A stretch of 32,000 bases of DNA from Mycobacterium tuberculosis H37Rv. GTDB taxonomy: Bacteria > Actinomycetota > Actinomycetes > Mycobacteriales > Mycobacteriaceae. Within the stretch, counting starts at the first letter, position 1. The number at the start of each line of letters is the position of its first letter. Of this stretch, positions 28,201 through 32,000 are shown one piece after another. The translations under genes and the position numbers were made by a program. The stretch lies in NCBI RefSeq assembly GCF_000195955.2, contig NC_000962.3, forward strand, positions 1,290,001 to 1,322,000. The letters run 5' to 3'. The notes below the pieces were generated by a model that was not told the DNA's origin, did no database searches, and saw nothing but the letters and a program-made list of their open reading frames with translations.

Positions 28201-29982
28201 TGGAGCACATTCGTCAGATGCGATGCCCGGCTGGCGGTGACGCTCCCGCCCGAGCTGCCGGTGGCCGCCGCCGCCGCGGTACCGACCGCCTCCGCGACGG
28301 CTTGGTACGCCCTGCACGATCTGGCTCGCATCTGCTCGGACGACAAGGTGCTGATTCACTCGGGGACCGGTGGTGTCGGGCAGGCGGCGATCGCGATCGC
28401 ACGGGCCGCCGGATGCGAGATCTTCGCCACCGCGGGCAGTGCCCAGCGGCGACAACTGCTGCACGACATGGGTGTCGAGCATGTCTACGACTCACGGAGC
28501 ACCGAGTTCGCCGAGCAGATCCGAGGCGACACCGATGGGTATGGTGTCGACGTCGTACTCAACTCGCTGCCCGGCGCCGCACAACGTGCTGGGATCGAAT
28601 TGCTGGCCTTTGGCGGGCGATTCGTGGAGATCGGCAAACGTGACATCTACGGCGACACTCGGCTCGGGTTGTTCCCGTTCCGCCGCAACCTGTCGCTGTA
28701 TGCCGTCGACTTGGCGCTGCTGACACACAGCCACCCGCACACCGTCCGGCGCCTGCTGAAAACCGTCTACCAACACACGGTCGAGGGCACGCTGCCGGTG
28801 CCGCAGACCACGCACTATCCCATTCACGACGCTGCCGTTGCCATTCGTTTGGTCGGCGGAGCCGGGCACACCGGAAAAGTGGTGCTCGATGTGCCGCGTA
28901 CCGGTGAAGGCGTGGCCGTGGTGCCCCCCGAACAGGTCCGCACGTCCCGGCCCGACGGCGCCTATCTCGTCACCGGTGGTTTGGGCGGCCTCGGCCTGTT
29001 CCTTGCCGGCGAGCTGGCGGCGGCGGGCTGCGGACGCATCGTGCTCAACTCCCGTTCGACGCCCAGCCCGCACGCCACCAGGGTCATCGAGCGGCTCCGC
29101 GCCGCCGGTGCTGATATCCAGGTGGAATGCGGTGACATCGCTGATGCCGCAACGGCCCACCGAGTGGTGGCGGTGGCCACCGCCTCGGGCTTGCCGGTGC
29201 GCGGCGTGCTGCACGCGGCGGCGGTGGTCGAGGACGCTACGTTGGCCAATGTCACCGACGAACTTATCGACCGCTGTTGGGCGCCGAAGGTACACGGCGC
29301 GTGGAACATTCATCGGGCCACCGCCGCGCAGCCACTGGAGTGGTTCTGCTTGTTCTCCTCGGCCGCGGCCTTGGTGGGCTCGCCGGGTCAAGGCGCATAT
29401 GCGGCGGCCAACAGCTGGTTGGACGCTTTTGCCCACTGGCGGCGGGCGCAGGGCCTTCCGGCTACCTCAATCGCCTGGGGAGCATGGGCCGAGATTGGCC
29501 GCGCTACCGCGCTGGCCGAAGGCACCGGCGCAGCGATCGCGCCCGCCGAGGGTGCTCGAGCCTTCCAGACGCTGCTTCGCTACGGCCGGGCGTACTCCGG
29601 CTATGCCCCGATCATGGGTACCCCATGGTTGACGGCCTTTGCGCAACGTAGCCGATTTGCCGAAGCGTTCCACGCCACGGGCCAAAATCAACCGGCCACC
29701 GGGAAATTCCTCGCCGAACTGGGCAGCTTGCCCCGCGAAGAGTGGCCCCGCACAGTCAGGCGGTTGGTATCGGACCAGATCAGCCTGCTGCTGCGGCGAA
29801 CCATTGATCCGGACCGGCCGCTGTCCGACTATGGTTTGGATTCCTTGGGCAACTTGGAGTTGCGGACCCGCATCGAAACCGAAACGGGTATACGCGTCAG
29901 TCCCACAAAGATCACCACGGTTCGCGGCTTGGCCGAGCACGTGTGCGACGAGCTGGCAGCCGCCCAATCTGCGCCGGTCTGA
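25234..29982 (+). CDS. pks4: Polyketide synthase AT-DH-ER-KR-ACP (pks4; 3' part of the interrupted Mas-like msl3 gene)
   Basis: ORF 25234..29982 (GTG start). Motifs seen: AT GHSLGE (Ser codon 25600-25602) plus a VASH motif (methylmalonyl-type, inference); DH HPLLGAH...GDH; ER GTGGVG (28363-28380); [13 protein letters not shown]; ACP GLDSLG (Ser codon 29842-29844). Confidence 0.92.
25336..26290 (+). other. Acyltransferase (AT) domain (approximate)
   Basis: From [15 protein letters not shown] through GHSLGE and VDVASHTP to about [12 protein letters not shown]. Confidence 0.75.
26416..27250 (+). other. Dehydratase (DH) domain (approximate)
   Basis: From [10 protein letters not shown]...[11 protein letters not shown], through GIQYGPAF, to about [11 protein letters not shown]. 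Confidence 0.7.
27925..28896 (+). other. Enoylreductase (ER) domain (approximate)
   Basis: MDR-type sequence from [16 protein letters not shown] to GKVVLDVP, with the NADPH motif [11 protein letters not shown]. Confidence 0.75.
28954..29500 (+). other. Ketoreductase (KR) catalytic subdomain (approximate)
   Basis: From [17 protein letters not shown] through [19 protein letters not shown] to AWGAWAEIG. Confidence 0.75.
29707..29955 (+). other. Acyl carrier protein (ACP) domain (approximate)
   Basis: Contains [19 protein letters not shown] with the phosphopantetheine Ser. Confidence 0.8.
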
Positions 29983-30034
29983 TGACGGCCCGGGTGAAGT
30001 CGTTGCGGAAGTTTGAGATCGAGCCGAGGAGGGC

Positions 30035-31453
30035 ATGTTGCGGGTTGGACCGTTGACAATAGGCACGCTGGACGACTGGGCGCCGAGCACGGGTTCGACT
30101 GTGTCATGGCGACCTTCGGCTGTCGCGCACACGAAAGCGTCGCAGGCGCCGATCAGCGATGTTCCGGTCAGTTATATGCAGGCGCAACATATTCGGGGCT
30201 ATTGCGAGCAAAAGGCAAAGGGACTCGACTACTCGCGGTTGATGGTCGTCAGCTGCCAGCAGCCCGGCCAGTGCGATATCCGGGCGGCCAACTACGTGAT
30301 CAACGCCCATCTCCGACGGCACGATACCTATCGCAGCTGGTTCCAATACAACGGCAACGGACAAATAATCCGGCGTACGATCCAGGATCCCGCCGACATC
30401 GAGTTCGTACCAGTTCATCATGGTGAGCTCACGCTGCCGCAAATTCGCGAGATCGTGCAGAACACGCCGGATCCCCTGCAATGGGGTTGTTTTCGGTTTG
30501 GGATCGTGCAAGGCTGCGACCATTTCACATTCTTTGCAAGTGTGGATCATGTGCATGTGGACGCGATGATCGTCGGTGTCACGCTCATGGAGTTCCACCT
30601 GATGTACGCAGCGCTGGTGGGCGGCCATGCCCCTCTCGAGCTACCGCCGGCAGGCAGCTACGACGACTTCTGCCGCCGACAACACACGTTCAGCTCCACC
30701 CTCACGGTGGAGTCGCCCCAGGTTCGCGCCTGGACGAAGTTCGCCGAAGGTACTAACGGTAGCTTTCCTGATTTTCCACTCCCACTTGGTGACCCATCGA
30801 AACCCAGTGACGCGGATATTGTCACCGTGATGATGCTCGATGAAGAGCAGACGGCTCAATTCGAGTCCGTCTGCACGGCTGCCGGCGCTCGGTTCATCGG
30901 TGGCGTACTAGCCTGCTGCGGCCTGGCTGAACACGAGTTGACCGGTACGACAACCTATTACGGACTAACGCCGCGCGACACGCGCCGCACTCCAGCGGAT
31001 GCCATGACCCAAGGTTGGTTCACCGGCCTAATTCCGATCACCGTCCCCATCGCCGGCTCGGCGTTCGGCGATGCCGCCCGAGCCGCGCAGACCTCGTTCG
31101 ACTCGGGCGTGAAGCTCGCCGAAGTACCCTACGACCGCGTCGTCGAATTGTCGTCCACGCTAACCATGCCACGACCGAACTTTCCCGTCGTCAACTTCCT
31201 CGACGCAGGCGCGGCTCCGCTTTCGGTACTGCTCACCGCGGAGTTAACCGGTACGAACATAGGAGTGTACAGCGACGGTCGCTACTCTTATCAACTGTCC
31301 ATCTACGTCATCCGCGTCGAGCAGGGGACGGCAGTGGCGGTCATGTTCCCCGACAACCCGATCGCCCGGGAATCGGTTGCCCGCTACCTGGCAACGCTGA
31401 AGTCTGTGTTCCAACGAGTCGCCGAGAGCGGGCAGCAGCAGAATGTTGCCTGA
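30035..31453 (+). CDS. papA3: Polyketide-associated acyltransferase PapA3 (condensation-domain fold; trehalose acylation in PAT synthesis)
   Basis: ORF 30035..31453. AGGAGGG lies at 30025-30031 upstream of the ATG. The catalytic HxxxD motif is in VDHVHVDAM (His codon 30548-30550, Asp codon 30560-30562). The gene sits between pks4 and an mmpL gene. Confidence 0.9.
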   Translation: MLRVGPLTIGTLDDWAPSTGSTVSWRPSAVAHTKASQAPISDVPVSYMQAQHIRGYCEQKAKGLDYSRLMVVSCQQPGQCDIRAANYVINAHLRRHDTYRSWFQYNGNGQIIRRTIQDPADIEFVPVHHGELTLPQIREIVQNTPDPLQWGCFRFGIVQGCDHFTFFASVDHVHVDAMIVGVTLMEFHLMYAALVGGHAPLELPPAGSYDDFCRRQHTFSSTLTVESPQVRAWTKFAEGTNGSFPDFPLPLGDPSKPSDADIVTVMMLDEEQTAQFESVCTAAGARFIGGVLACCGLAEHELTGTTTYYGLTPRDTRRTPADAMTQGWFTGLIPITVPIAGSAFGDAARAAQTSFDSGVKLAEVPYDRVVELSSTLTMPRPNFPVVNFLDAGAAPLSVLLTAELTGTNIGVYSDGRYSYQLSIYVIRVEQGTAVAVMFPDNPIARESVARYLATLKSVFQRVAESGQQQNVA

Positions 31454-31519
31454 TTCATTCCCGGTGGTGAACCCATCTTCGCGCGGCTAGGTGAACTCGT
31501 CGCCCGGCGGCCTTGGGTT

Positions 31520-32000
31520 GTGGTCGGCTGTTGGGTCGCGCTCGCCCTGGTACTGCCGATGGCGGTGCCTTCACTGGCGGAGATGGCTCAGCGACATCCC
31601 GTCGCGGTCCTGCCTGCCGACGCGCCCTCCAGCGTCGCTGTTCGCCAGATGGCCGAGGCGTTCCACGAATCCGGCTCCGAGAATATCTTGGTAGTGCTGC
31701 TCACCGACGAGAAAGGCTTGGGAGCGGCGGACGAAAACGTCTACCACACATTGGTGGATCGTCTGCGAAACGACGCTAAAGACGTCGTGATGCTGCAGGA
31801 CTTCCTGACTACTCCGCCATTGCGTGAGGTGCTCGGTAGTAAAGATGGCAAGGCATGGATTCTGCCGATCGGTCTCGCGGGCGACCTGGGTACACCCAAG
31901 TCCTACCACGCTTACACCGACGTCGAACGCATCGTGAAACGAACTGTGGCCGGAACCACGTTGACGGCAAACGTGACAGGACCCGCAGCCACGGTGGCAG
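31520..32000 (+). CDS. mmpL10: RND-family MmpL lipid transporter, N-terminal part (continues beyond the window; absent from the ORF track because no stop is reached)
   Basis: My own translation of the frame containing 31478 is open to base 32000: [63 protein letters not shown]...[13 protein letters not shown]. This is very similar to the MmpL8/MmpL12 N-termini I recall. GTG 31520 is the first canonical in-frame start; see the finding about the upstream homology. Confidence 0.85.
   Translation, partial: MVGCWVALALVLPMAVPSLAEMAQRHPVAVLPADAPSSVAVRQMAEAFHESGSENILVVLLTDEKGLGAADENVYHTLVDRLRNDAKDVVMLQDFLTTPPLREVLGSKDGKAWILPIGLAGDLGTPKSYHAYTDVERIVKRTVAGTTLTANVTGPAATVA

Noticed and set aside
31491-31694. 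67-aa ORF ([14 protein letters not shown]...), and 31513..31779, listed in the ORF track where mmpL10 should be
   Set aside because: Both are out of frame with the clearly MmpL-like reading frame, which is open to the end of the window. They are overlap artefacts.

Overview
GC-rich (about 65%) actinobacterial chromosomal DNA. From gene order and protein sequences I recognise it, from memory and without a BLAST check, as the Mycobacterium tuberculosis complex region Rv1161-Rv1183. All ORF sizes fit that map, with no extra inserted block. Left to right: the nitrate reductase operon narG(3' part)-narH-narJ-narI, typA/bipA, lipoprotein lpqW, a TetR regulator, the PE11-PPE17 pair, mshB, a small membrane protein, PE12, fbiC, and a 62-bp MIRU-type tandem repeat overlapping the fbiC stop. 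Then follow the secreted antigen TB8.4, the PadR regulator plus fadH operon, fdxC plus an aminotransferase, and a large orphan SF2 helicase (Rv1179c-like). The window ends with the polyacyltrehalose lipid locus pks3-pks4-papA3-mmpL10; mmpL10 runs off the 3' end and is missing from the ORF track. I saw no rRNA, tRNA, CRISPR array, transposase or integrase. Most remaining six-frame ORFs are antisense or out-of-frame artefacts of high GC content. I found no convincing evidence for a wholly new multi-gene system. The best second-look items are listed here. (1) A single in-frame TAA splits a Mas-like PKS into pks3 and pks4. (2) The conserved mmpL10 N-terminus is encoded upstream of the first canonical start codon, in the papA3 frame directly after its stop. 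(3) The 939-aa helicase carries an Ala/Gly-rich transmembrane-like segment and an unassigned C-terminal domain. (4) A 25-bp-stem hairpin sits in the divergent helicase/pks3 intergenic region where no gene ends. (5) A Cys-rich 66-codon upstream ORF has a stop that overlaps the pks3 start. (6) Several genes show TANNNT-N6-ATG geometry suggesting leaderless transcripts.
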